A stretch of 64,000 nucleotides of DNA from assembly GCA_963718555.1 (NCBI GenBank), contig OY970361.1, positions 212,059 through 276,058 of the forward strand, read 5' to 3'. How positions within the stretch are numbered: the stretch's first letter is position 1; every line of letters begins with the position of its first letter. The notes under the pieces are model-generated. The model made no database searches. It was not told the DNA's origin and worked only from the letters and a program-made list of their open reading frames with translations. The translations under genes were made by a program, and so were the position numbers. Source of the DNA: an uncultured Methanoregulaceae archaeon. GTDB lineage: Archaea > Halobacteriota > Methanomicrobia > Methanomicrobiales > Methanospirillaceae. This document shows, one piece after another, positions 9,585-21,232 of the stretch.

Positions 9585-10781
9585 TCAGCGGAGGGACGCC
9601 GCAAGGGCGCCGAGTTCGAGCATCAGTTTCGGGTTGACCCGGATAATTTCTTTTATCAGGCTCATGGTGGAGAATTCCTTCAGATTCAGTTTCGAGACCG
9701 AGTGGATGATCTCGTTCAGTTTTTCATCGGATTGTTTGATCAGGTATTCCTTAATGAGGTAGTTGCGTTCGATCGACTTGCCCATCTTCGAATCCCGCCA
9801 TGCCTTGTCGTAAGCCATGAGCGCCTTTTTCGAAACATCGCCCCTGCCGATACAGGCCGCGGCAGTCTCGGCTGCAAGCCGGCCGGTGAACATCGCGTTG
9901 TAGATACCGCCGCCGGTGAGGGGGTCGACGACCCGGGCTGCGTCGCCGGCGATGATAAGGCCGTCCGCTACCGTGCAGTCGAGCGGGCGGCAGACCGAGA
10001 CACCGCCGGGGATATACTCGATCATCTTGCCGTGGGGGAAGGTCTTTTTCACGAATTTGTCGAGGTAGTCCTTGGCCCGGTGGCCTTCCCCACTCTTCCT
10101 GCCGGAGATACCGATCCCGACATTCGCAGACCGCCTGCCCTTGGGAAAAACCCAGAGGTAGCCTTCCGGAGCGACCTCGTTGCCGAGATAGAAAACGGTT
10201 GACGTCGGGTCGATGTCGATATCGGTCATCACGTACTGGACCGAACTCATGATCTCGCGGAGGGGGACCGTGGTATCGATACCGCACCATTTCGAGAACT
10301 TCGATTCGACCCCGTCGGCAGCGATGACCACGTGGGCCCTGACGCTGGTGATCTTGCCGCAGAAATCGACCTTTGCGCCCCTGACAACGCCATCCTCGAT
10401 GATCGGGGCACAGGCCCGGGACTTGACCGCAACATCCGCACCGGCTTCGGCCGCCTTCCAGACCAGCTCACGGTCGAAGAACTTCCGGTCGAGAATGTAA
10501 CCGACCTTGTTGCCTGCCATCGCTGATTCGAGTTTCATGAAAAAGCCATCGGGAGCAACGATGCCTGCACCAGTCATCTCCGCGGAGATCCAGCGGGGAT
10601 CGGGCTCGATGAACTCGTGGAGGGCTTCCTTGCCGATCCCTTCCGCGCAGCGGACCGGGGCGCCGATGGCCTGCCGTTTCTCCACGATACAGGCCGAGAG
10701 GCCTTTCCCGACCGCAGTCTTTGCCGCGATCGCCCCCGCAGGTCCCCCGCCGATGATGAGGACATCGTACTTATTTTTCAT
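9585..10781 (-). CDS. Digeranylgeranylglycerophospholipid reductase (geranylgeranyl reductase family)
   Basis: GGGPAG FAD motif, [30 protein letters not shown]. Confidence 0.92.
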   Translation of the reverse strand: MKNKYDVLIIGGGPAGAIAAKTAVGKGLSACIVEKRQAIGAPVRCAEGIGKEALHEFIEPDPRWISAEMTGAGIVAPDGFFMKLESAMAGNKVGYILDRKFFDRELVWKAAEAGADVAVKSRACAPIIEDGVVRGAKVDFCGKITSVRAHVVIAADGVESKFSKWCGIDTTVPLREIMSSVQYVMTDIDIDPTSTVFYLGNEVAPEGYLWVFPKGRRSANVGIGISGRKSGEGHRAKDYLDKFVKKTFPHGKMIEYIPGGVSVCRPLDCTVADGLIIAGDAARVVDPLTGGGIYNAMFTGRLAAETAAACIGRGDVSKKALMAYDKAWRDSKMGKSIERNYLIKEYLIKQSDEKLNEIIHSVSKLNLKEFSTMSLIKEIIRVNPKLMLELGALAASLR

Positions 10782-10947
10782 GGACGATCTCCAGGGCCCC
10801 GAGCGGGCAGACTTTTGCACAGACACCGCAGCTGGTGCAGTTCTTCTCTACCGAAAGATACGCGTCGATCAGTTCAAGTGCTCCCTCCGGGCAGACCGAT
10901 ACGCAGCATCCGCAATATCCACAGATATCCCGATGTACTTTGAGCAT
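10771..10947 (-). CDS. 2[4Fe-4S] ferredoxin, probable electron donor to the reductase
   Basis: [12 protein letters not shown] and [12 protein letters not shown]; overlaps the reductase start. Confidence 0.9.
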   Translation of the reverse strand: MLKVHRDICGYCGCCVSVCPEGALELIDAYLSVEKNCTSCGVCAKVCPLGALEIVHEK

Positions 10948-11113
10948 TGAGTGATCATGTTGGTGTCCTGTTTCATTAATATTTACGGAATTCGTTTTTT
11001 TGGTATCCTTCATCGCACCTGCACGGAAAACTCCGGCAGGACCTGACAATCCATCTCCTACCTGGAATCAGAATGCCTGATAGGACTAAAGGAAAAATAT
11101 TTATAATATAGGA

Positions 11114-11127
11114 GGAAGGATGTTTCT
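11114..11127. promoter_or_regulatory. Candidate NrpR operator (distal)
   Basis: GGAA-GGATGT-TTCT, one mismatch to GGAA-N6-TTCC; near-exact inverted copy of the 11282 site. Confidence 0.55.
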
Positions 11128-11281
11128 ATTGGGAGTCCTGCGTCTGCTGATTATTCACCGGGCTCCCCAATTCATGAAAAGAATTTTCTCTTCTGAAAAA
11201 ATAATTATTTCTGGTTTTTTTCATTCCAGAAACGTCTTCCCGCTGATTGTGAAGGATGAACAATATTAAATATTGATACAT

Positions 11282-11295
11282 AGAAACATTCTTCC
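11282..11295. promoter_or_regulatory. Candidate NrpR operator downstream of glnA TATA-like box
   Basis: AGAA-ACATTC-TTCC just 3' of AATATTAAATATT (~11262-11274), upstream of glnA. Confidence 0.6.
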
Positions 11296-11387
11296 TAGTG
11301 CAGAACCGGCATATCCAGAATGCCCGTATATTTTGCACATGTATCGAACGCCCATTGGGGGGCGTTCGTATCCTGGGTGGTATCAGA

Positions 11388-12864
11388 ATGGCACAAGCGA
11401 ATAAACAAAAAAACCTGACCGAAGTGACAAAAGAGCAGATAAGCGGAGTTCATTCTCTGATAAAAAAGAAGAATATCCAGATTGTAGACTTAAAATTCAA
11501 CGACCTGCCGGGACTGTGGCAGCATTTCTCCATCCCCGCCTCGGAGCTGAACGGCTCCACCGATCCCAGATCCGGAATCTGGGGAGAGGGGATCGGGTTT
11601 GACGGTTCTTCCATACGGGGGTTCCAGAAGATCCAGGAGTCGGACATGGTCCTGTTCCCGGATGCTTCTACTGCGGTAACCGACCCGGTGTGTGACATCC
11701 CCACGCTCTCGATCATCTGCAATGTGTTCGATCCGGTGACCAAGGAAGCCTACACGAGGGATCCAAGGTTTATTGCCAAGAAGGCGGAGGCGTATCTCAA
11801 GGCCACCGGCATTGCCGACGAGAGTTTCTGGGGACCGGAGTACGAGTTCTTCCTCTTCGATGATGTCAGGTACTCACAGAGCGTCAACCAGGGGTTCTAC
11901 TCTGTGGATTCGGTAGAGGGCATCTGGAACTCCGGGCGCGACGAACAGCCCAACCTCGGGTACAAACCCCGCCACAAGGAAGGATATTTCCCGGTACCGC
12001 CGCACGACTCGCTCCAGGACGTCCGGAGCCAGATGATCCTCAAGATGATCGAGACCGGTATCCCCGTCGAAGTGCACCACCACGAAGTAGCTGACAGCAG
12101 GTCAAAACGAGATCGACATGCGGTACAGCCCGCTGGTGAAGATGGCAGATCACTGCATGATGTACAAATACATTGTCAAGAACATGGCCCGGGACTTCGG
12201 CATGGTCGCGACCTTCATGCCCAAGCCGCTTTTCGGGGATAATGGTTCGGGCATGCACACCCACCAGTCGCTCTGGAAGGACGGCAAGAACCTCTTCTTC
12301 GACGCGAAGGGATACGGGATGATCAGCCAGACCGCGAAATATTATGTCGGAGGTCTCCTGAAGCATGCCAACGCACTCATGGCGTTCTGCGCTCCATCCA
12401 CCAACTCCTACAAGCGGCTCGTACCGGGATACGAAGCCCCGGTCAACCTCGTATACTCGCTCCGGAACCGCTCCGCTGCCGTCAGGATCCCGATGTACTC
12501 GGAGAACCCCAAAACCAAACGGATCGAGTTCCGCCCGCCTGACCCGATGTGCAACCCGTACCTCTCTTTCTCGGCGCTCCTCATGGCAGGCATCGATGGT
12601 GTCAGGAAGAAGATCGACCCCGGCCAGCCGTTCGAGGGCAACACGTACGAGCTCGAAGGGAAGGCCGCAAAGAAGCTCCCGACCGTCCCCGGTTCCCTGG
12701 AACAGGCGATCGATGCGCTCGAGGCGGATCACAGGTTCCTGCTCGAGGGAGGCGTATTTACGCAGGACGTGATCGATGTCTGGATCGAGTACAAACGTGC
12801 GGAGATGGACGAAGTCAGGCTCCGGCCCCACCCGTGGGAGTTCCACCTGTACTTCGATATGTAA
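11388..12864 (+). CDS. glnA: Glutamine synthetase type I; 1-nt insertion near 12092
   Basis: [15 protein letters not shown]|[42 protein letters not shown]. Confidence 0.95.
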
Positions 12865-12914
12865 AAAATCTCATTTTTTTCAAAGAAGGGTACCGCTCCC
12901 GGCATCCCGGTATC

Positions 12915-14036
12915 TCACCCGAGCGAGAACGTGCCGTACTTCCCGCCGCCGCCCGGGTGCAGGGTGATCGTCCCGTTCCTCAGGGCATCGATCGCGCCCG
13001 CGACCTTCGGATGGATCGCCCGGATCTCCGCGACCGGGACATCGATCAGCACGGCGATCTCGTTGCCGAACGTGCTGACCAGAGAGGTGTAGACCGCCTT
13101 GCACTTCTTCGTGTTCGGTGACGATGCCTTCTCCACGGTCCGGATGATCTGGCCGAGCGGGAGGACATGGACATAAGGAGGGCGAGGGCGGGGCGTTTCC
13201 CCGCCGGCAATCTCCTTTGCCCGGTCGGATACCCCCTTCTTGATGATCCCGCCATCTGCCGGGCACCGCCAACGGTTCGCAACTGCCTGTTCGAGGGAAT
13301 ACTGCGTGAAGCACCGGGTGCAGGCCGTACGGTTGTACTTCCCTTCTTCCGGGAAGAACCCGGCATTCATCTCGATCCCGCCGTTCTTCACGCACGCCAG
13401 GACATCCCCGGCTGTACGGTGCCGGAGACGGATCCTGTTGAACTCGCGGCCGAGCTTGTCCGGGTACGGGCTGTGGGCATCGGAGTTGGTGAGGAACGGT
13501 ACCTCATAAAGATCCGTAATCGCCGCACCATAGGAGCTATCCGCGGAGAGGCCGAGCTCGAGGAAGTCGATCTTCTCGTTCCCATAACAGGCCCTGACGC
13601 TGTCGAAGTATGCGTACATCGCAGTCCACGGGGTGAATGCGTGGGCGGGGCCGACCAGGGCACCGACCTCGTGAGCGAGGGTCGCGATCTCCTCCCCGCC
13701 CAGATAGACATGGGGCCGGCCGCTCGTCCGGAAACTCTTGCACTTCCCGGCCATCAGCTCGCGGAGCTGGCTGAACTGGGCCAGCTCCTCGGCAAGGATC
13801 ACATGGTGGACGCGGTGCTCGTCCTCGATCTCGCCCTGGGGTACGACGACGATGCCGGCCTCGTTCTCCAGGTACGGCTCCCAGCTGTTCTGCCAGTCCG
13901 GCTGGAGGGCATCGCCGGTGCCGAGCACATGGATGCCCTTTGTCCTGCACCCCGCGAGCAGCTGCTCCGGCTGCATAAAGCGGGAGACGGCCATCGAGTA
14001 AGGGGAGTGGATGTGGAGGTCGGCGTTGACGGGCAT
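12915..14036 (-). CDS. TIGR00375-type PHP-domain nuclease (endonuclease Q-like)
   Basis: DLHIHS, PAHAFTPW, ELGLSAD, NSDAHS, GKYNRTAC Zn finger, PGGGGKYG. Confidence 0.85.
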   Translation of the reverse strand: MPVNADLHIHSPYSMAVSRFMQPEQLLAGCRTKGIHVLGTGDALQPDWQNSWEPYLENEAGIVVVPQGEIEDEHRVHHVILAEELAQFSQLRELMAGKCKSFRTSGRPHVYLGGEEIATLAHEVGALVGPAHAFTPWTAMYAYFDSVRACYGNEKIDFLELGLSADSSYGAAITDLYEVPFLTNSDAHSPYPDKLGREFNRIRLRHRTAGDVLACVKNGGIEMNAGFFPEEGKYNRTACTRCFTQYSLEQAVANRWRCPADGGIIKKGVSDRAKEIAGGETPRPRPPYVHVLPLGQIIRTVEKASSPNTKKCKAVYTSLVSTFGNEIAVLIDVPVAEIRAIHPKVAGAIDALRNGTITLHPGGGGKYGTFSLG

Positions 14037-14102
14037 GGGTATCTCAGAGATAGGTTTCCGGGGGATATAAGGACGGGGACAGCTGCAGGGTCACCCGTTG
14101 CC

Positions 14103-14719
14103 TCATTCCACGTTCGTGAGCCGCCCCTTCAGTGCCCCGGCCCCTCTTTTTTTGCTTCCATCAGCGCAGAGATGACCGCATCGGAGAAGATCAGGGCAAG
14201 GGTCTCAAAGAGCGTGCCCAGCGGGGCGAACGCGGATGCAACCGACCGGTACTGCCCGGTCATCTGCCGTTCTTCGAACGTGGTCATGTCACCCCGGTAA
14301 TACCCGGTGAGATCCCCGAGGTTCACCACGCAGTCCGCGATCCTGCTCATCTTCGAGTCCGGCGATGCGGTGACGAGGCAGACCGTACCCCCCAGATCCT
14401 TTGCCGTGCTGCAGAACGTTGCCATCGTGTGCGTCTCACCCGATCCCGAGAACACAACAAAGGTATCGCCCGGCTGCATCGCAGGTGTGATCGTCTCCCC
14501 GACTACGTAGACGTCAAAGCCCAGGTGAAGCAGCCGCATGGCAAATGCCCGGGCAATGATGCCGGACCGGCCTGCCCCGGCCACATACACCCGCCGTGCC
14601 GTCAGCATCCGGTGAAAGAATGCAGATGTCTCGGTCTTGTCCAGCAAGGCGGCTGTCTTCCGGATCGACTCTGCCATCTGCTCCATGAATACCGGAATAT
14701 CGGAAAATTCTTCTGTCAT
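14103..14719 (-). CDS. hxlB: 6-phospho-3-hexuloisomerase (SIS domain); probable frameshift near 14140
   Basis: GAGRSG, AFAMRLLHLG, VGETITP, SGSGET, APLGTLFE; typical ...RLTNVE end lies in the adjacent frame. Confidence 0.88.
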
Positions 14720-15053
14720 TGTTACACTGGCATGTTTCGTACCGTCCGATATGAGAGTATCGGTTGGTCTAAATCCGCAGGATCTCATGCGGGAGAGGGG
14801 GGGTCGGACGGAGCATTGTGGTCTGCCCCGGGCCCTGTGAGCCTTCTTTCGAGTCCCTCCCAAAGGCACCGTCTTGCAGGGATTTGCGGTGATATTTTTC
14901 AGTGGCGGGAGCGCGGGATTCCCCACTGCCGCCAGGATCATAACCACGGGTATTGAGTGGTGCTACCCCAACCGAGTACCGATCGTGCGTGGACTGCACC
15001 TATACAAAACCTCATACGCTCTGGGCGCAAGAACACCGGAATAAGGTGACTTT

Positions 15054-15521
15054 ATGACACAGGCTGTGATTGTGCAGATCGGCGATCCTTCACGGAATTT
15101 CTCGCTCAAGGACCAGAACGACAAGACCTTCGATCTCTACGAACAGGAAGGGAAACGCGTACTCCTCTCCTTCCACCCGCTCGCGTGGACGGAGTACTGC
15201 GCAGCCCAGATGAAATCGCTCGAGGAGAAGCGGGAGGTGCTCCTCGCGCACAACTGCGTCCCTGCCGGAATCAGTGTCGACTCCGTCCCCTGCAAGAAGG
15301 CCTGGGCAAAGAGCCTCGGGATCTCGCAGACCCCGCTCCTCTGCGATTTCTGGCCTCACGGGGCCGTTGCGCAGAAGTACGGGCTCTTCCGGGACGCGAA
15401 CGGGTTCTCCGAGCGGGCCAACGTGATCATCGATGAGAAGCAGCGGGTCGTGTTCGCGAAGGTCTACCCGGTGCACTCCGTGCCGGACATCGAGGAGATC
15501 GTGAAGTTTTTACAAAAATAA
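15054..15521 (+). CDS. Peroxiredoxin (AhpE/BCP-like)
   Basis: FHPLAWTEYC peroxidatic motif, LLCDFWPHG, SERA. Confidence 0.88.
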   Translation: MTQAVIVQIGDPSRNFSLKDQNDKTFDLYEQEGKRVLLSFHPLAWTEYCAAQMKSLEEKREVLLAHNCVPAGISVDSVPCKKAWAKSLGISQTPLLCDFWPHGAVAQKYGLFRDANGFSERANVIIDEKQRVVFAKVYPVHSVPDIEEIVKFLQK

Positions 15522-15590
15522 ACCGGGATATAGGATATGGGCTGGAGAAGCAATATCTTTTTTTAAAAGGCACGACCGGCCGGCCCCGAT

Positions 15591-16346
15591 TCACCCGATA
15601 TAATTCAGTTCTTCGTCCCTGCCCTTTTCGCCCTCGACCATGCTCTCGATCGCCTTCTCCATCTCGGCGGCCCGGTCGTTCAGCTTCGTGGGGTCAACCG
15701 GGACACCGGTCAGCTTCGAGAGGACTGCGAGCACGTTCGCCGCAGCCATCGGGTCCACGAGATACCCGCTCGTCTCGCCCATAAGGCAGACCGCGTCGAT
15801 ACCACGCTGCGCGGAGAGGCCGAGGATCAGGCCGGCGGCGCCGATGATCCCGCCGCCCGGCTCGTCACGGTTGAATGTGACGCCGGCAGCCTCAATCTCA
15901 GGCCGGATCTCCGCCCGGTTGACCGCCCCGAGGACCCGTGGCCCGTTCACGAGATGGCCCACACCGAACCCCCCCAGCGTGTAGATCCGCTTCACCTTCA
16001 GGTCACCGGCGATCTCGCAGTAGCAGTCGGCGAGGATATAGTGCCCTTCGTTGGAGGTGGCCTGGTGATCCCCCACGAGGAAGATGAAGTCCTTCCCTTC
16101 GGACTGGCAGAAGTAGAGCTCGTTCCGGGCGAGCCGTGCAAGCCCGTCCTCCTCGAGGATCACCTGTGGGGGGAAGTAGATCGAGTGGATCTCGCCGATC
16201 TTCTCCGCCTCCAGCATATGGATCATGTACTCGGCGACCAGTTTTCCCACCTGCCCTATGCCGGGCAGGCCCTCGATGAGGACCGGGTCAACGGGTCTCT
16301 TGTCCCTGAAACTGTCGAGATACCGTACCGTGATGTCCTCAATCAT
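15591..16346 (-). CDS. Proteasome assembly chaperone family (PAC2) protein
   Basis: [27 protein letters not shown]-terminal YIG; conserved position after nop10. Confidence 0.9.
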   Translation of the reverse strand: MIEDITVRYLDSFRDKRPVDPVLIEGLPGIGQVGKLVAEYMIHMLEAEKIGEIHSIYFPPQVILEEDGLARLARNELYFCQSEGKDFIFLVGDHQATSNEGHYILADCYCEIAGDLKVKRIYTLGGFGVGHLVNGPRVLGAVNRAEIRPEIEAAGVTFNRDEPGGGIIGAAGLILGLSAQRGIDAVCLMGETSGYLVDPMAAANVLAVLSKLTGVPVDPTKLNDRAAEMEKAIESMVEGEKGRDEELNYIG

Positions 16347-16494
16347 GTTGTGCCATCCTGCGGTATCTGCCGTACTTGTCTTCAGGAGAGAACCGTGCGG
16401 GATGGGCAACGGCCGTAGGCCTGCCGCATTCGGGACAGGTGAGGGAAAGGGTATAGATATGATCTGCCGGGCACTGCCGGATACGACCGCTCAT
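16339..16494 (-). CDS. nop10: H/ACA RNP protein Nop10 (not in ORF track)
   Basis: [46 protein letters not shown]. Confidence 0.93.
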   Translation of the reverse strand: MSGRIRQCPADHIYTLSLTCPECGRPTAVAHPARFSPEDKYGRYRRMAQHD

Positions 16495-17282
16495 TGACTC
16501 TTCCCGGACTTCGGTTTTTTGACGAGCTTGCCCTCGCCACCGGCCTTTTCCAGGACTGCAATGGCCGCGTTGGCGGATTTCTCGATCGCCTTCTCCGCAG
16601 CCTTGTAGTCCGGCGCTGTCACCTTGATCCGGTACGTGGGCGCACCGAGGTATAACAGTTCGATATCCGCCCCGGCACTCTTCGAGGCGCTTGCCTTCTC
16701 GAGCGCCTTCCGGATCACCTCGACGCCGTCAGGCCTGGTCGACTCGAGGATCAGGTGCCCGGTCACCTCGACCTTCGGCACCTTCACGCTCTCCTGCGCC
16801 ACGCGCTGGAGGACCTCGGAGACCTTTCTTGAGAGCCCGAGTTTTTTGAGCGTGGGCTCGGGGTCGATGACAATATCCTCGAAGACCGGGTAAAAAGCCC
16901 CGTACTTCTTGTAGATCACGTCCTCGATCTCGGCGAGAGGCTCCCCGGCCTGTTCCGCCACGAACCCGAGCCACTTCTGCGCCTTGGACTCGTTCTTCCA
17001 CTCGCGGATCTTCTCACGGCGCTGGTGCTCGTTGACATCCTTTAAGGAAAGGTCGATGTGGCCGCGGTTCCGGTCAACATTGAGGACCTTGCAGACGATC
17101 TTCTGGCCCTCGCGGATGTGGTCGCGGATATACTTGATCCAGCCCGTGGCGATTTCAGAGATGGGGATGAGCCCCTGGCGGCCACCATACTCATCGAGCG
17201 AGACGAAGGCAACGAAGTCCTTGACATTCTCGACCGTGCAGACAACCAGTTCTGCTTCCTGTGGCCATTCCCTGTCCGCCAT
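16491..17282 (-). CDS. eif2a: Translation initiation factor 2 alpha subunit
   Basis: S1 domain WPQEAELVV...[19 protein letters not shown]. Confidence 0.95.
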   Translation of the reverse strand: MADREWPQEAELVVCTVENVKDFVAFVSLDEYGGRQGLIPISEIATGWIKYIRDHIREGQKIVCKVLNVDRNRGHIDLSLKDVNEHQRREKIREWKNESKAQKWLGFVAEQAGEPLAEIEDVIYKKYGAFYPVFEDIVIDPEPTLKKLGLSRKVSEVLQRVAQESVKVPKVEVTGHLILESTRPDGVEVIRKALEKASASKSAGADIELLYLGAPTYRIKVTAPDYKAAEKAIEKSANAAIAVLEKAGGEGKLVKKPKSGKSQ

Positions 17283-17290
17283 GGGTGGTT

Positions 17291-17479
17291 TCACTTGAGC
17301 TCTGAGATGATCTCAGCCTTGATGTTCGCACGTCCCCCGGCCGGGGTGGCAAGGTCGCGGCCGCAGACAACGCATTTGACGACCGTGCTGGCCTTCTCAA
17401 AGAGGACCTGTTCGTTCTCGCAGTCCGGACACTTTACTTTAAAGAATTTGCTCCGGTTTTCCCGAATCTGGCTTACCAT
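17291..17479 (-). CDS. rps27e: 30S ribosomal protein S27e
   Basis: SKFFKVKCPDCENEQ...CVVCG. Confidence 0.96.
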   Translation of the reverse strand: MVSQIRENRSKFFKVKCPDCENEQVLFEKASTVVKCVVCGRDLATPAGGRANIKAEIISELK

Positions 17480-17486
17480 ATCTGCT

Positions 17487-17765
17487 TCACTCCGTCAGTT
17501 CGAATTTTGCGACACGGTAACCCTTGCGCAGGTGCGCCTTTTTGCAGGTGACACAGCGGTACCGGACATTGATCTTCTTCGTGGGCTTGTCGCCACCGGG
17601 CACCTTGGAGAACTTCCCCATGTTGCCCACTGTGCCTCTCCGTGCCTTCTGGCGGTCAATCCAGTGGAGGCCGGTCGTCTTGCCCTTCTTTACCTTCTCG
17701 ACCTCGTGTACCGTATGAACCCTGCAGAAGGGACAGTATGTCGTAAATTTTGCTGGCATTTTCAT
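17487..17765 (-). CDS. rpl44e: 50S ribosomal protein L44e
   Basis: TYCPFC...H, KPTKK, RYRCVTCKKAH. Confidence 0.96.
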   Translation of the reverse strand: MKMPAKFTTYCPFCRVHTVHEVEKVKKGKTTGLHWIDRQKARRGTVGNMGKFSKVPGGDKPTKKINVRYRCVTCKKAHLRKGYRVAKFELTE

Positions 17766-17802
17766 AAAATTTTCACCGATAATCCCGAATCGAATACCTA
17801 TA

Positions 17803-18501
17803 TTATTTGCAAAGATTGATATTTAACACTATGTTGCGCTCGCTTAAGACCGCAGCATTCCGCTCAGGAAGCGTCACTATATCTCCCTTTGAGAGGGTAT
17901 AAATCCTCCCATCCACCCCCATGAACGCATCCATGTCCTCGAGCACCCGGACAAGGGTGCAGGGATGGGAGATGGGTTCCGGGCCCTTCGGCACCGCGGA
18001 GGGAAGGGCCTGCGTAACCGGTACGGCAGGACCGTCACCGGATGAAAGGGGTCCGGACTCATCGTACCCGTCTTCGTCCCCGACAGCCACGGCCACGGGG
18101 GGCGGGCGGACAGGGAGCGGGGCGTGCGGGAGGTTCTGCAGCAGGATGCCCTTGGACTCCTCGATGCCTGACGTGATCTGCTCGAACATCTCCCGCTCCA
18201 CCGGGATCATCCGCTTCACCTCCTCGCGGTCGTAATAGTTGCCCTCGGCATGCATCACTGCGAGGGCGAGGATCTTGCGGGTACGGATGGAGAAGATGTC
18301 GTGTAGGGTCTCGCGGATCGAGAGCGTCTCATCGATCAGGGACCGTGCCTCATCGGAGAACGGGTCGTCGATCGCATAGACCTTCTTCGTGATGGCTGCG
18401 AGTTCCGCATGCCCCTTGGCGAAGATATCCGGGGCTACGGACGTGAGCCGTCCTGTCTCCCGCTCGGACAGGAGGATGCTGCGCAGGTCGTCAAGCTTCA
18501 T
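17803..18501 (-). CDS. GINS complex subunit (Gins51/Gins15-like)
   Basis: Helical A domain plus C-terminal B domain FMGVDGRIYTLSKGDIVTLP; conserved position after priS. Confidence 0.8.
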   Translation of the reverse strand: MKLDDLRSILLSERETGRLTSVAPDIFAKGHAELAAITKKVYAIDDPFSDEARSLIDETLSIRETLHDIFSIRTRKILALAVMHAEGNYYDREEVKRMIPVEREMFEQITSGIEESKGILLQNLPHAPLPVRPPPVAVAVGDEDGYDESGPLSSGDGPAVPVTQALPSAVPKGPEPISHPCTLVRVLEDMDAFMGVDGRIYTLSKGDIVTLPERNAAVLSERNIVLNINLCK

Positions 18502-18509
18502 GGGTATCC

Positions 18510-19652
18510 TCAGGCGATCTCCGCCATGCCGCGGCAGCAGAGGAATACTGCGACCGCTTCCGGGTACTGTAGTGATGCCCTTTGGGAGCTCGATAAGTAC
18601 TTCCGAGCATCGGCATCTTCAGCGGGAACTTCTGGTCTACCTTCACGTCTCTCATGCCGAAGACTACCGCATCCGTGAGCGGGTCGAAGTCATGGAGCTC
18701 GCGGAGTTCGAGCGGCTGGACCCGCATCCCGCTTCCGCCGTGGAGGGAGGTCGGCATCCGGATCAGGCGTTTTGTATCCGTAGTGACCGGTTCATCGGCA
18801 AGGGCCGCCCGGGAGAGCAGGCGCTTCCGGAACTCCCCGTCCTCTTTCTCAACAAGAATGCGAAGGGCCTCGTCCCGGAGTTTTCCTTTCACAACGAGCT
18901 CGGATGGACGGCTAGCAAGGTGCTTTGAGAGTATTTCACGTTCGTTCATCAGCCGCTCTGCCGTCTTGTCGCCGATGCCCGGGTGGGAGGTGAGAAACTT
19001 CATAGCCTCATCGTGCGGCATCTCCCCGATCCACCCGAGGTACTCAGCAAGCGCCTCACGGTACCGTTTCGGCCACCCCGGGCGGCCGCGGGCGTTCCCG
19101 CGAGCATGGCCGGTGGGTCGATCCCGATCCCGCAGACATAGTCGATGAGTTCGCGCCGTTCGGCACTCCCCCAGCCCCGGAACGCAATGTCCTTGACATG
19201 GACATGGTACCCGCGGCCCCCGGAGAAGACGAGCTCGATGGTCTTAGGGTCCATGCCGAACTCGGTGGTCAGCATCGACAGGAGTTTCTCCGTCTCCTCC
19301 TTGACCCGGGCGAGCATCTGGTCGTACGGGCCACGCATGACGTGATCCGCATCGAGGTCGAAGATCAGGTCGGCCCCGCACCATCCCTTGTCCGCCATGG
19401 TCCCGGCATCCGGTTTCTCGTAATAAGCGGTCGAATAGTAGGTGTGCTGGGGGATGAGATTTTTTATGTATTCGGAGAGTTCCCCCTGCCGGAGAACGCG
19501 ACGTGCCGCCGCATGCGCATCTCGGTCCCGCCGGGATTGAAGAGGACAAAACCCCACTCGCGCTGCTCAAGGGACGAGGGAGAGACGAGGACCGTCTTCC
19601 GGTAATACTCGGTAAACCGCTGGCGGAGGAACTCCGTGGTGGCCGGGTTCAT
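18510..19652 (-). CDS. priS: DNA primase small subunit; three frameshifts (~19482, ~19078, ~18592)
   Basis: REWGF, ADLIFDLDAD, FSGGRGYHVH, DEPVTTDTKRLIRMPTSLHGGSG spread over four frames. Confidence 0.9.
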
Positions 19653-21226
19653 GATAACCCCTTAACCATATAGGGACCTTTACGTTCATAGCCCTGCCTG
19701 CGGTAATAGGGCCGGACGCCGATCCCGCTCATGATGGCGAGGCGTGCATACCCTGCGCCAAGGGCGATCTCCTCGGCCCGGGCGAGGAGCGACCGGCCAT
19801 GGTTCCGGTGCTGCCACTCTTCCGCTTCGGCGTCCTTCCCGACCGGGACGAGGCTGCCGTAGACATGCAGCTCTCTCAGGAGCGCTGCATCCCGGAGCTC
19901 GGGTCGGTACGCCTCATACGGGAACCGGAGCCGGGCAAAGCCTATGAGCGAGTCGCCCGATACCGCCGAGATGAAATGCTCCCGGCCGCCGCATGCGTCG
20001 TACTCCAGGACATGGATCTCCGGTTCGGCAAGCGAGGGAAGCCGGCCGATCTCCCGGCAGCGGATGCACCGGCAGCGTTTCCCGAGCAGTTCCAGCCGGT
20101 CCTTCGCAAGCTGGCGGAAGTTGGAGTGCCGTGAGCCGGCCACGATCAGCTTTGCCGGGATGTCGCGCTGGATCCGCTGGAGCCGCACGTATTCCGGGAG
20201 GACCGACTTCCCGTACGCGATCAGGTCCACGAGCGCGTCCTCGCTGTACGGGGAGTACCCGCCCCGCTGCCAGAGGCCCTCGATCTCCGACCCCGGGGTG
20301 ACGAGCGTGGGGTAGATCTTCAGGAAATCCGGCCTGAACCGGGGGTCGGAGAAGATCGTATCGAACATCCGCCTGTCGGCATCGATCGTCGAGGATGGAA
20401 GGTTAGGCATCATGTGGAACCCGACTTTTAAGCCCGCATCGCGGAGGAGCGTGTTGGCCGCCACCGCGTCCTCGACCGTGCAGCCGCGCCGGTTGTATGC
20501 GAGGATCGCATCGTCGACATGCTGGACGCCGAGTTCCACTTTCGTCACGCCAAGCCCGAGCATCCGGTCGATGTGCTCCCGCCGGCACCAGTCGGGCCGG
20601 GTCTCGAAGGTGATCGCAACGCAGCGGATGCGGGATCGCTCGTTTTCCTCTTCAACCACGGTGACCGGGATCGGCTGCCGGGCTGCGGGTCCGCCGGGGT
20701 ATGTGTTCATCGCCTCGACACACCGGGAGACGAACTCCTCCTGGTACTCCACCGGCCGTGCGGTCATCGTGCCGCCCATCACGATCAGCTCCACCTTGTC
20801 CACGCGGTGCCCGAGGACCTCGAACTGTCCGAGCCGTGCATGCACCTGCCGGAACGGGTCGTACCCGTGCTCCCGCGCCCGTTTTGCCGCCGGCTCTTCA
20901 CCGGTATAGCTCTGCGGGGAATGGAACGGGTGGTCCGGCCCGCCCGGGCAGGGGAGACATTTCCCGTGTGGGCAGGGGGCGGGAGAGGTCATCACGGCGA
21001 CCGGTGCGACGCCGGAGAGTGTCCGGCCCGGCTTGACGACCAGGATCTTCCGCAGGGCCTCCCTCTCTTCCGGTCGTGCAATGGCAAGGATCGCGGAGTT
21101 CTTCGGGACTATGGGCAGGGCGTATTTCCGGCAGATCTCGATCTTCACCGCAACAACGGCCTCGTTACCGGGCGGAACGGAGAGGAGGCGGGAGATCATC
21201 TCCCGGAGCGCCAGTGCCTCATCCAT
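19649..21226 (-). CDS. elp3: tRNA uridine(34) acetyltransferase Elp3 (radical SAM + GNAT)
   Basis: CPHGKCLPCP, QSYTGEEP, ETRPD, LRELHVYG, QHRNHG, GVRPYY. Confidence 0.95.
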   Translation of the reverse strand: MDEALALREMISRLLSVPPGNEAVVAVKIEICRKYALPIVPKNSAILAIARPEEREALRKILVVKPGRTLSGVAPVAVMTSPAPCPHGKCLPCPGGPDHPFHSPQSYTGEEPAAKRAREHGYDPFRQVHARLGQFEVLGHRVDKVELIVMGGTMTARPVEYQEEFVSRCVEAMNTYPGGPAARQPIPVTVVEEENERSRIRCVAITFETRPDWCRREHIDRMLGLGVTKVELGVQHVDDAILAYNRRGCTVEDAVAANTLLRDAGLKVGFHMMPNLPSSTIDADRRMFDTIFSDPRFRPDFLKIYPTLVTPGSEIEGLWQRGGYSPYSEDALVDLIAYGKSVLPEYVRLQRIQRDIPAKLIVAGSRHSNFRQLAKDRLELLGKRCRCIRCREIGRLPSLAEPEIHVLEYDACGGREHFISAVSGDSLIGFARLRFPYEAYRPELRDAALLRELHVYGSLVPVGKDAEAEEWQHRNHGRSLLARAEEIALGAGYARLAIMSGIGVRPYYRRQGYERKGPYMVKGLS

Positions 21227-21232
21227 GACAGA

